64,000 nt of DNA from Antedon mediterranea (Eukaryota; Animalia; Echinodermata), in NCBI RefSeq assembly GCF_964355755.1, contig NC_092671.1, positions 11,780,001-11,844,000 of the forward strand, given 5' to 3'. Position numbers and translations under genes: made by a program. Of this stretch, positions 27,898 through 41,543 are shown one piece after another. The notes below the pieces were generated by a model. It saw only the letters and a list, made by a program, of their open reading frames with translations, made no database searches and had not been told where the DNA came from. The first letter of the stretch is position 1. Each line of letters opens with the position of its first letter.

Positions 27898-29050
27898 CTA
27901 GATTTGAACTCGTCACTACGGACGAGTTAGGTTATCCGCATCGCAAAACCCACGCGCATGACACCTAAGTTAGAATATTGCGCGCAGAAAAACGATTATG
28001 CCATTGAAAAAATGTTAGTGAGCCCTCTATTTTGTGTCGCGTCTAAGTGTGTACGGTATACACTATATACTGTATACGTACTACATACAGTGCAGAATAG
28101 GTGAAAATAAGTGACCAAAGTTATTGACGCATTTGAACATGATGACGTCATCACAATTTTAAAAATGGTGAATCATGCGAAAGATAATTGATTGATCTAG
28201 ACAATATAAAAAAATTGAGTGAAATGGAATACAGATAAGTGGAGATGCGCTCTATTAAATTTGACGAGCTATGACAAAAGAGAAAAAAATCCTATATTTT
28301 ATATTCGGGTGGCCATACGATGATGTCACAATGTCCGGTTAGCCATATCAATGCATGATTCGAGAAAAACAACTCATCTACTTCCAGAATATGTAATTTT
28401 AAAAAAGTTCACCACGTAGTTTAGAATTTATGACTGTTTAAAAAAAGGTCTAATTTTGACGATTTTTTGAAGTTTTTCATCAAAAACACGCGCAAATTAT
28501 CCAATTCTACGTGCTCGTGTGACGTGATTTTCAGTCGAAATTGATTGAAAATTCATAAATTTACTAGAAAAGGCTGAAAAAACAAAAATCAAGCAAAAAA
28601 AAGATGTTTTTGCGCTACGTGCGCACGCGCGCGTAAAAAAATTGCGCACGCGTGGGAATTTTTGAAATGCTCAAAATGACATGAAACGCATAGAAAGTTG
28701 ATTAGAAATTGATTTTTCGCATTTTGAAATTTCAAACGCGCATGCGCGCGTAACTTTTTGTGAAACATGCCATTTTTAATCCATAAAAAGTTTGCGCATG
28801 ATCTCACTTAAATTTTCACAAAGTTTCAATACAAAACAACTTTTAGTTTTTATTCTATGATCAATCATTGAAATTCATGAAATCGCGCGTAACTTACACT
28901 GCGCAACTCCAAAATCGTCCAAAAGCTTGGCTGCACATCTACAGCTATAGGTCAACCTTATGACAAAGTTATACAATCTTATGTTGGCCACAAGATAGAG
29001 ATGTGCTGCGAACAAAATTCGGGGAAAGAAAGAAGAATAACATAGAAAAA
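27898..29050 (-). mobile_element. Short-subfamily element body, interrupted in its poly-A linker
   Basis: CTAGATTTG start, ~1.15 kb, ends CATAGAAAAA|CTAG. Confidence 0.8.
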
Positions 29051-30202
29051 CTAGATTTGAACTCGTCACTACGGACGAGTTAGGTTATCCGCAGCGCAAA
29101 AGCCACGTGCACGTCGTACGTTAGAATATTGCGCGCAGATAAACGATGATGCCATTGAAACAATTTCAGTTTTCTCTCTATTTTGCGTCACGTCTAAGTA
29201 TATACGGTATACACTATATTATACTCTATACGTACTACATACAGTGCAGAATAGGTGAAAATAAGTGACCAAAGTTATTGACGCTTTTGGACATGATGAC
29301 GTCATCACAATTTTTAAACTAATGAATCATACGAAAGATAATTGATTGACTTAGACAATATAAAGAAATGGAGGGCAATGGAATACGGATAAGTCGAGAT
29401 GCGCTCTATTAAATGTGATGAGCTCTACGAAAGAGAAAAAAATCCTATATTTTATATTCGAGTGGCCATACGATGACGTCACAATGTCCGGTTAGCCATA
29501 TCGATGCATGATTTGATATTTACAACTCATCTACTTCCAGAATCTGAAATTTAAAAAATTTTCACCTCGGAGTTTAGAATCTATGACTTTTTAAAAAAAG
29601 GCATAATTTTCACGAATTTTTGAACTTTTTCATCAAAAACGCGCGCAAATTGTTCAATTCTACGTGCTCGTATGACGTGATTTTAAGTCCAAATTGTTTG
29701 AAAGTTGGTAAATTTACTAGAAAAGGCTGGAAAAACAAAAATCAAACAAAAAAAAGATGTTTTTGCGCTACGTGCGCACGCGCGCGTAAAAAAATTGCGC
29801 ATGCCTGGGAATTTTTGAAATGCTCAAAATGACATGAAACGCGTAGAAAGTTGATTAGAAGTTGATTTTTTGCATTTTGAAATTTTAAACGCGCGTGCGC
29901 GCGTAACTTCCTGTGAAACATGCCATTTTTAATCCATAGAAAGTTTGCGCTTGATATGACTTAAATGTTCACTAAGTTTCAATATAAAATGACTTTCGGT
30001 TTTTAATCTATGATCAATCATTTAAATTCATAAAACCGCGCGTAACTTACGCTGCGCAACTCAAAATTCATAAAAAAAAGTTTCTTGCACATCTACAGCT
30101 ACAGGGCAATCTTTTGACAAAGTTATACAATCATATGTTTGCCAGAGTTAGAGATACGCTGCGAACAAAATTCGTGGAAAGAAAGAAGAACATAGAAAAA
30201 AA

Positions 30203-30233
<31 letters not shown>

Positions 30234-30277
30234 GATCCTGACAATAACAAGGGGTTATCCGCCAAGTGCGGATAACC

Positions 30278-30279
<2 letters not shown>
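29051..30279 (-). mobile_element. Intact short-subfamily element with type B cap
   Basis: CTAGATTTG start; poly-A linker; cap GATCCTGACAATAACAAGGGGTTATCCGCCAAGTGCGGATAACCAA at 30234-30279. Confidence 0.82.
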
Positions 30280-30308
<29 letters not shown>

Positions 30309-30489
30309 TCCTGACAATAACAAGGGGTTATCCGCCAAGTGCGGATAACCAAAAAAAAAAATATTGATCCACTACAATCACAAGGAGTTATCCGCTACTA
30401 AGCGGATAACTAAAAAGTTGATGATGATGATGATGATGATTTCGTACAATCACAAGAGGTTATCCTGCAACTTCGTTGCGGATAACCAA
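30234..30489 (-). repeat. Stack of four 5' caps from three subfamilies (B, B, AGTT-type, A)
   Basis: Caps end at 30279, 30352, 30413 and 30489, separated by poly-A or (GAT)n linker halves. Confidence 0.9.
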
Positions 30490-33400
30490 CTAGACATGTA
30501 ACTCGTCACTTTGACGAGTTTGGTTATCCGCCGCGCAAGTGGTGCAACATTAACATTAAGGGGATAGGTTGAGGACAAAAGGAAGTGTTCACGTTGGCAT
30601 TATGACCTGAACTGAAGAATATGATATGTTGTTATTGCTGAATTTTATTGTTTAAATTCATATATAGTATACACAGTATAATCTGTATCCATATCACATA
30701 CAGTGTAGAATAGGTGAAATTACGGGACCCGCTATTTATTGCAATTTTTAACATGTTGACGGTTTTAAAATGAAACGCGAAGGTAGCAATTCCGAAAGGA
30801 AATTATCTCAGCAACAACGTCTTAGCGTGTAGAAGAAATTTGAATACGTGAAATATTGATGCGCGCTCTTTTAAATGTAATGAATTATGACGCAAAAGAT
30901 GAAAATACGACCTTTTTCATTTAACTGGCCATATGATGACGTCACAACATCCGATTGGCAACATTTTTACATAATTTCGTATCTACAATCCAATAGCTTC
31001 CAGAAAAAATTTTAATCGTGATTATCACATTTTATTCTTACGAGCTATAACAGATTAAAATTTACTGTAAAGATGAAATTAATGCCACACGTGATTTAAA
31101 TTTTTAGGCATGATGACGTCAAAAAAATTAAAATATTTTTAACTCATGTGAAAGATACTTGATTGACCTAGACAAAATCAAAATCGGGGTGAAAATGGAA
31201 AACGGATAAGTGGAGATGCGCTCTATTCAATGTGATGAGCTATGACGAAAGATACAAAAATCCTAAATTTTATATTCGCGTGGCCATACGATAACATCAC
31301 AATGTCCGGTTAGCCATATTAATACCTGATCCGATATCTACAACTCATCTACTTCCAGAATATGCCATCCACAAAAAGTTGACCGTCTAGTTTAGAAATT
31401 ATGCCTGTTTAAAAAAAGGCATATTTTAAACGAATTTTTTAACCTTTTCATAAAAAACGCGCGCAAATTGTCCAATTCGACGTGCTCGTATGACGTATCT
31501 TTAAGTCGAAATTGTTTAAAATTTGGTAAAATTACTAGAAAAGGCTGGAAAAACATAAATCACGCAAAAAAAGTACGTTTTCAATACTACGTGCGCACCG
31601 CACACGTAAAAATGTGCGCACGCGTGGGAATTTTTGACATGCTTAAAACGACATGAAACGCGTAGAAAGTTGATTATAAATTAATTTTGCGCATTTTTAA
31701 ATTTTAAATGCGCGTGCGCGCGTAACTTTGTGTAAAACACGCAATTTTTTTTCAACAGAAAGTTAGCGCATGATATAAATTAAACTTTTGCAAATTTTCA
31801 AGTGGAAATGTTATTTGGTTGTCGAGCTATGTTAAATACGACAAAATCGTTAAATCGCGCGTAAGTCACGTTGCGCAATTGTAAACGTCATGAAAAGCTT
31901 CGCTTGACGACGTTACGTAAATGTCAATATGTTAAGATAGTTACCGAAATGTTATGTTTGCGAGTTTTAGAGAAAAGCGTTACACAAAAATCATACAGAA
32001 TGATTTCGTACAATCACAAGAGGTTATCCTGCAACTTCGTTGCGGATAACCAACTAGACATGTAACTCGTCACTTTGACGAGTTTGGTTATCCGCCGCGC
32101 AAGTGGTGCAACATTAACATTAAGGGGATAGGTTGAGGACAAAAGGAAGTGTTCACGTTGGCATTATGACCTGAACTGAAGAATATGATATGTTGTTATT
32201 GCTGAATTTTATTATTTAAATTCATATATAGTATACACAGTATAATCTGTATCCATATCACATACAGTGTAGAATAGGTGAAATTACGGGACCCGCTATT
32301 TATTGCAATTTTTAACATGTTGACGGTTTTAAAATGAAACGCGAAGGTAGCAATTCCGAAAGGAAATTATCTCAGCAACAACGTATTAGCGTGTAGGAGA
32401 AATTTGAATACGTGAAATATTGATGCGCGCTCTTTTAAATGTAATGAATTATGACGCAAAAGATGAAAATACGACCTTTTTTATTTAACTGGCCATATGA
32501 TGACGTCACAACATCCGATTGGCAACATTTTTACATAATTTCGTATCTACAATCCAATAGCTTCCAGAAAAAGTTTTAATCGTGATTATCACATTTTATT
32601 TTTACGAGCTATAACAGATTAAAATTTACTGTAAAGATGAAATTGATGCCACACGTGATTTAAATGTTTAGGCATGATGACGTCAAAAAAATTAAAATAT
32701 TTTTAACTCATGCGAAAGATAGTTGATTGACCTAGACAATATCAAAATCGGGGTGAAAATGGAAAACGTATAAGTGGAGATGCGCTCTATTCAATGTGAT
32801 GAGCTATGACGAAAGATACAAAAATCCTAAATTTTATATTCGCGTGGCCATACGATGACGTCACAATGTCCGGTTAGTCATATTAATACCTGATCCGATA
32901 TCTACAACTCATCTACTTCTAGAATATGTCATCCACAAAAATTTGACCGTCTAGTTTAGAAATTACGACTGTTTAAAAAAAGGCATATTTTAAACGAATT
33001 TTTTAACCTTTTCATAAAAAACGCGCGCAAATTGTCCAATTCGACGTGCTCGTATGACGTATCTTTAAGTCGAAATTGTTTAAAATTTGGTAAAATTACT
33101 AGAAAAGGCTGGAAAAACATAAATCACGCGAAAAAAATACGTTTTCAATGCTACGTGCGCACCGCACACGTAAAAATTTGCGCACGCGTGGGAATTTTTG
33201 ACATGCTTAAAACGACATGAAACGCGTAGAAAGTTGATTAGAAATTAATTTTGCGCATTTTGAAATTTTAAATGCGCGTGTGCGCGTAACTTTGTGTAAA
33301 ACATGGAATTTTTTTTCAACAGAAAGTTAGCGCATGATATAAATTAAACTTTTGCAAAGTTTTAAATTGAAATGTTATTTGGTTGTCGAGCTATGTTAAA

Positions 33401-36400
33401 TACGACAAAATCGTTAAATCACGCGTAAGTCACGTTGCGCAATTGTAAACGTCATTAGAAGCTTCGCTTGACGACGTTACGTAAATGTCAATATGTTAAG
33501 ATAGTTACCGAAATGTTATGTTTGCGAGTTTTAGAGAAAAGCGTTACACAAAAATCATACAGAATGATTTCGTACAATCACAAGAGGTTATCCTGCAACT
33601 TCGTTGCGGATAACCAACTAGATTTAACTAGACATGTAACTCGTCACTTTGACGAGTTTGGTTATCCGCCGCGCAAGTGGTGCAACATTAACATTAAGGG
33701 GATAGGTTGAGGACAAAAGGAAGTTTTCACGTCGGCATTATGACCTGAACTGAAGAATATGATATATTATTATTGCTGAATTTTATTATTTAAATTCATA
33801 TATAGTATACACAGTATAATCTGTATCCATATCACATACAGTGACATACATAGAATTGGTGAAATTACGGGACCCGCTATTTATTGCAATTTTTAACATG
33901 TTGACGGTTTTAAAATGAAACGCAAAGGTAGCAATTCCGAAAGGAAATTATCTCAGCAACAACGTATTAGCGTGTAGAAGAAATTTGAATACGTGAAATA
34001 TTGATGCGCGCTCGTTTAAATGTAATGAATTATGACGCAAGAAATGAAAATACGACCTTTTTTATTTAACTGGCCATATGATGACGTCACAACATCCGAT
34101 TGGCAACATTTTTACATAATTTCGTATCTACAGTCCAATAGCTTCCAGAAAAAGTTTTAATCGTGATTATCACATTTTATTCTTACGTGCTATAACAGAT
34201 TAAAATTTACTGTAAAGATGAAATTGATGCCACACGTGATTTAAATTTTTAGGCATGATGACGTCAAAAAAATTAAAATATTTTTAACTCATGCGAAAGA
34301 TAGTTAATTGACCTAAACAATATCAAAATCGGGGTGAAAATGGAAAACGAATAAGTGGAGATGCGCTCTATTCAATGTGTAGAGCTATGACGAAAGATAC
34401 AAAAATCCTAAATTTTATATTCGCGTGGCCATACGATGACGTCACAATGTCCGGTTAGCCATATTAATACCTGATCCGATATCTACAACTCATCTACTTC
34501 CAGAATATGCCATCCACAAAAAGTTGACCGTCTAGTTTAGAAATTACGACTGTTTAAAAAAAGGCATATTTTAAACGAATTTTTTAACCTTTTCATAAAA
34601 AACGCGCGCAAATTGTCCAATTCGACGTGCTCGTATGACGTATCTTTAAGTCGAAATTGTTAAAAATTTGGTAAAATTACATGAAAAGGCTGGAAAAACA
34701 TAAATCGCGCGAAAAAAACACGTTTTCAATGCTACGTGCGCACCGCACACGTAAAAATGTGCGCACGCGTGGGAATTTTTGACATGCTTAAAACGACATG
34801 AAACGCATAGAAAGTTGATTATAAATTAGTTTCGCGCATTTTGAAATTTTAAATGCGCGTGCGCGCGTAACTTTGTTTAAAACACGCAATTTTTTTTCAA
34901 CAGAAAGTTAGCGCATGATATAAATTAAACTTTTGCAAAGTTTCACTTTAAAATGTTATTTGGTTTTCGACATATGTTAAATACGAGAAAATCGTTAAAT
35001 TGCGCGATTGTAAACATCATGAAAAGCTTCGCTTGACGACGTTACATAAATGTCAAAATGTTAACATAGTTAACAAAATGTTATGTTTGCAAGTTTTAGA
35101 GAAAAGCGTTACACAAAAATCATACAGAAAGAAAGAAGATTAAGAAAAAGACTAGACATGTAACTCGTCACTTTGACGAGTTTGGTTATCCGCCGCGCAA
35201 GTGGTGCAACATTAACATTAAGGGGATAGGTTGAGGACAAAGGGAAGTGTTCACGTTGGCATTATGACCTGAACTGAAGAGTATGATATGTTGTTATTGC
35301 TGAACTTTATTATTTAAATTCATATATAGTATACACAGTATAATCTGTATCCATATCACATACAGTGTAGAATAGGTGAAATTACGGGACCCGCTATTTA
35401 TTGCAATTTTTAACATGTTGACGGTTTTAAAATGAAACGCGAAGGTAGCAATTGCGAAAGAAAATTATCTCAGCAACAACGTATTAACGTGTAGAAGAAA
35501 TTTGAATACGTGAAATATTGATGCGCGCTCTTTTAAATGTAATGAATTATGACGCAAAAGATGAAAATACGACCTTTTTTATTTAACTGGCCATATGATG
35601 ACGTCACAACATCCGATTGGCAACATTTTTACATAATTTCGTATCTACAATCCAATAGCTTCCAGAAAAAGTTTTAATCGTGATTATCACATTTTATTCT
35701 TACGAGCTATAACAGATTAAAATTTACTGTAAAGATGAAATTGATGCCACACGTGATTTAAATTTTTAGGCATGACGACGTCAAAAAAATAAAAATATTT
35801 TTAACTCATGCGAAAGATAGTTGATTGACCTAGACAATATCAAAATCAGGGTGAAAATGGAAAACGGATAAGTGGAGATGCGCTCTATTCAATGTGATGA
35901 GCTATGACGAAAGATACAAAAATCCTAAATTTTATATTCGCGTGGCCATACGATGACGTCACAATGTCCGGTTAGCCATATTAATACCTGATCCGACATC
36001 TACAACTCATCTACTTCCAGAATATGTCATCCACAAAAAGTTGACCGTCTAGTTTAGAAATTACGACTGTTTAAAAAAAGGCATATTTTAAACGAATTGT
36101 TTAACCTTTTCATAAAAAACGCGCGCAAATTGTCCAATTCGACGTGCTCGTATGACGTATCTTTAAGTCGAAATTGTTTAAAATTTGGTAAAATTACTAG
36201 AAAAGGCTGGAAAAACATAAATTACGCGAAAAAAATACGTTTTCAATGCTACGTGCGCACCGCACACGTAAAAATGTGCGCACGCGTGGGAATTTTTGAC
36301 ATGCTTAAAACGACATGAAACGCGTAGAAAGTTGATTATAAATTAATTTTGCGCAATTTGAAATTTTAAATGCGCGTGCGCGCGTAACTTTGTGTAAAAC

Positions 36401-39400
36401 ACGCAATTTTTTTTCAACAGAAAGTTAGCGCATGATATAAATTAAACTTTAGCAAAGTTTCACTTTAAAATGTTATTTGGTTTTCGACATATGTTAAATA
36501 CGAGAAAATCGTTAAATCGCGCGTACGTCACGTTGCGCAATTGTAAACGTCATGAAAAGCTTCGCATGACGACGTTACGTAAATGTCAAAATGTTAACAT
36601 AGTTAACGAAATGTTATGTTTACGAGTTTCAGAGAAAAGCGTTACACAAAAATCATACAGAAAGAAAGAAGAACTAGACATGTAACTCGTCACTTTGACG
36701 AGTTTGGTTATCCGCCGCGCAAGTGGTGCAACATTAACATTAAGGGGATAGGTTGAGGACAAAAGGAAGTGTTCACGTTGGCATTATGATCTGAACTGAA
36801 GAATATGATATGTTGTTATTGCTGAATTTTATTATTTAAATTCATATATAGTATACACAGTATATTCTGTATCCATATCACATACAGTGACATACAGTGT
36901 AGAATAGGTGAAATTACGGGACCTGCTATTTATTGCAATTTTTAACATGTTGACGGTTTTAAAATAAAACGCGAAGGTAGCAATTCCGAAAGGAAATTAT
37001 CTCAGCAACAACGTATTAGCGTGTAGAAGAAATTTGAATACGTGAAATATTGATGCGCGCTCTTTTAAATGTAATGAATTATGACGCAAAAGATGAAAAT
37101 ACGACCTTTTTCATTTAACTGGCCATATGATGACGTCACAACATCCGATTGGCAACATTTTTACATAATTTCGTATCTACAATCCAATAGCTTCCAGAAA
37201 AAGTTTAATCGTGATTATCACATTTTATTCTTACGAGCTATAACAGATTAAAATTTACTGTAAAGATGAAATTGATGCCACACGTGATTTAAATTTTTAG
37301 GCATGATGACGTCAAAAAAATTAAAATATTTTTAACTCATGCGAAAGATAGTTGATTGACCTAGACAATATCAAAATCAGGGTGAAAATAGAAAACGAAT
37401 AGGTGGAGATGCGCTCTATTCAATGTGATGAGTTATGACGAAAGATACAAAAATCCTAAATTTTATATTCGCGTGGCCATACGATGACGTCACAATGTCC
37501 GGTTAGCCATATTAATACCTGATCCGATATCTACAACTCATCTACTTCCAGAATATGTCATCCACAAAAAGTTGACCGTCTAGTTTAGAAATTACGACTG
37601 TTTAAAAAAAGGCATATTTTAAACGAATTTTTTAACCTTTTCATAAAAAACGCGCGCAAATTGCCCAATTCGACGTGCTCGTATGACGTATCTTTAAGTC
37701 GAAATTGTTTAAAATTTGGTAAAATTGCTAGAAAAGGCTGGAAAAACATAAATCACGCGAAAAAAATACGTTTTCAATGCTACGTGCGCACCGCACACGT
37801 AAAAATGTGCGCACGCGTGGGAATTTTTGACATGCTTAAAACGACATAAAACGCGTAGAAAGTTGATTATAAATTAATTTTGCGCATTTTGAAATTTTAA
37901 ATATGCGTGCGCGCGTAACTTTGTGTAAAACACGCAATTTTTTTTCAACAGAAAGTTAGCGCATGATATAAATTAAACTTTTGCAAAGTTTCACTTTAAA
38001 ATGTTATTTGGTTTTCGACATATGTTAGATACGAGAAAATCGTTAAATCGCGCGTACGTCACGTTGCGCAATTGTAAACATCATGAAAAGCTTCGCTTGA
38101 CGACGTTACATAAATGTCAAAATGTTAACATAGTTACCGAAATGTTATGTTTGCGAATTTTAGAGAAAAGCGTTACACAAAAATCATACAGAAAGAAAGA
38201 AGAAGAACTAGACATGTAACTCGTCACTTTGACGAGTTTGGTTATCCGCCGCGCAAGTGGTGCAACATTAACATTAAGGGGATAGGTTGAGGACAAAAGG
38301 AAGTGTTCACGTTGGCATTATGACCTGAACTGAAGAATATGATATGTTGTTATTGCGGAAATTTATTGTTTAAATTCATATATACTGTAGTATACACAGT
38401 ATAATCTGTATCCATATCACATACAGTGTAGAATAGGTGAAATTACGGGACCCGCTATTTATTGCAATTTTTAACATGTTGACGGTTTTAAAATGAAACG
38501 CGAAGGTAGCAATTCCGAAAGGAAATTATCTCAGCAACAACGTATTAGCGTGTAGAAGAAATTTGAATACGTGAAATATTGATGCGCGCTCTTTTAAATG
38601 TAATGAATTATGACGCAAAAGATGAAAATACGACCTTTTTCATTTAACTGGCCATATGATGACGTCACAACATCCAATTGGCAACATTTTTACATAATTT
38701 CGTATCTACAATCCAATAGCTTCCAGAAAAAGTTTTAATCGTGATTATCACATTTTATTCTTACGAGCTATAACAGATTAAAATTTACTGTAAAGATGAA
38801 ATTACTGCCACACGTGATTTTAATTTTTAGGCATGATGACGTCAAAAAAATTAAAATATTTTTAACTCATGCGAAAGATAGTTGATTGACCTAGACAATG
38901 TCAAAATCGGGGTGAAAATTGAAAACGGATAAGTGGATATGCGCTCTATTCAATGTGATGAGCTATGACAAAAGATACAAAAATCCTAAATTTTATATTC
39001 GCGTGGCCATACGATGACGTCACAATGTCCGGTTAGCCATATTAATACCTGATCCGATATCTACAACTCATCTACTTCCAGAATATCCCATCCACAAAAA
39101 GTTGACCGTCTAGTTTAGAAATTACGACTGTTTAAAAAAAGGCATATTTTAAACGAATTTTTTAACCTTTTCATAAAAAACGCGCACAAATTGTCCAATT
39201 CGACGTACTCGTATGACGTATCTTTAAGTCGAAATTGTTTAAAATTTGGTAAAATTACTAGAAAAGGCTGGAAAAACATAAATCGCGAAAAAAATACGTT
39301 TTCAATGCTACGTGCGTACCGCACACGTAAAAATGTGCGCACGCGTGGGAATTTTTGACATACTTAAAACGACCAGAAACGCGTAGAAAGTTGATTATAA

Positions 39401-41286
39401 ATTAATTTTGCGCATTTTGAAGTTTTAAATGCGCGTGCGCGCGTAACTTTGTGTAAAACACGCAATTTTTTTTCAACATAAAGTTAGCGCATGATATAAA
39501 TTAAACTTTTGCGAAGTTTCAAGTTGAAATGTTATTTGGTTTTCAACATATGTTAAATACGAGAAAAACGTTAAATCGCGCGTACGTCACGTTGCGCAAT
39601 TGCAAACATCATGAAAAGCTTCGCTTGACGACGTTACGTAAATGTCAATATGTTAAGATAGTTACCGAAATGTTATGTTTGCGAGTTTTAGAGAAAAGCG
39701 TTACACAAAAATCATACAGAAAGAAAGAAGAACTAGACATGTAACTCGTCACTTTGACGAGTTTGGTTATCCGCCGCGCAAGTGGTGCAACATTAACATT
39801 AAGGGGATAGGTTGAGGACAAAAGGAAGTGTTCACGTTGGCATTATGACCTGAACTGAAGAATATGATATGTTGTTATTGCTGAATTTTATTGTTTAAAT
39901 TCATATATAGTATACACAGTATAATCTGTATCCATATCACATACAGTGTAGAATAGGTGAAATTACGGGACCCGCTATTTATTGCAATTTTTAACATGTT
40001 GACGGTTTTAAAATGAAACGGGAAGGTAGCAATTCCGAAAGGAAATTATCTCAGCAACAACGTATTAGCGTGTAGAAGAAATTTGAATACGTGAAATATT
40101 GATGCGCGCTCTTTTAAATGTAATGAATTATGACGCAAAAGATGGAAATACGACCTTTTTTATTTAACTGGCCATATGATGACGTCACAACATCCGATTG
40201 GCAACATTTTTACATAATTTCGTATCTACAATCCAATAGCTTCCAGAAAAAGTTTTAATCGTGATTATCACATTTTATTCTTACGAGCTATAACAGATTA
40301 AAATTTACTGTAAAGATGAAATTGATGCCACACGTGATTTAAATTTTTAGGCATGATGACGTCAAAAAAATTAAAATATTTTAACTCATGCGAAAGATAG
40401 TTGATTGACCTAGACAATATCAAAATCCGGGTGAAAATGGAAAACGGATAAGTGGAGATGCGCTCTATTCAATGTGATGAGCTATGACGAAAGATACAAA
40501 AATCCTAAATTTTATATTCGCGTGGCCATACGATGACGTCACAATGTCCGGTTAGCCATATTAATACCTGATCCGATATCTACAACTCATCTACTTCCAG
40601 AATATGCCATCCACAAAAATTTGACCGTCTAGTTTAGAAATTACGACTGTTTAAAAAAAGGCATATTTTAAACGAATTTGTTAACCTTTTCATAAAAAAC
40701 GCGCGCAAATTGTCCAATTCGACGTGCTCGTATGACGTATCTTTAAGTCGAAATTGTTTAAAATTTGGTAAAATTACATGAAAAGGCTGGAAAAACATAA
40801 ATCACTCGAAAAAAATACCTTTTCAATGCTACGTGCGCACCGCACACGTAAAAATGTGCGCACGCGTGGGAATTTTTGACATGCTTAAAACGACATGAAA
40901 CGCGTAGAAAGTTGATTATAAATTAGTTTCGCGCATTTTGAAATTTTAAATGCGCGTGCGCGCGTAACTTTGTGTAAAACACGCAATTTTTTTTCAACAG
41001 AAAGTTAGCGCATGATATAAATTAAACTTTTGCAAAGTTTCACTTTAAAATGTTATTTGGTTTTCGACATATGTTAAATACGAGAAAATCGTTAAATCGC
41101 GCGTACGTCACGTTGCGCAATTGTAAACATCATGAAAAGCTTCGCTTGACGACGTTACATAAATGTCAAAATGTTAACATAGTTAACAAAATGTTATGTT
41201 TGCAAGTTTCAGAGAAAAGCGTTACACAAAAATCATACAGAAAGAAAGAAGAAGAATAAAAAGTTGATGATGATGATGATGATGAT

Positions 41287-41543
41287 GATTTCGTACAATC
41301 ACAAGAGGTTATCCTGCAACTTCGTTGCGGATAACCAAAAATAAAAAGATGATGATTTCGTACAATCACAAGAGGTTATCCTGCAACTTCGTTGCGGATA
41401 ACCAATGATGATGATTTCGTACAATCACAAGAGGTTATCCTGCAACTTCGTTGCGGATAACCAATAAAAAGTTGATGATGATGATGATGATGATTTCGTA
41501 CAATCACAAGAGGTTATCCTGCAACTTCGTTGCGGATAACCAA
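41287..41543 (-). repeat. Stack of four type A 5' caps
   Basis: Caps end at 41338, 41405, 41464 and 41543, following four consecutive cap-less bodies (33628-39732) plus the adjacent body. Confidence 0.9.

Noticed and set aside
30196-30306. Poly-A tails suggesting SINE/LINE retroposition
   Set aside because: The A-runs are internal linkers followed by a conserved cap; no target duplications or clear Pol III boxes were seen.
41287-41543. CRISPR-like stacks of palindromic ~52-bp repeats
   Set aside because: The spacers are low-complexity A/GAT linker halves rather than unique sequences, there are no cas genes, and the context is eukaryotic.
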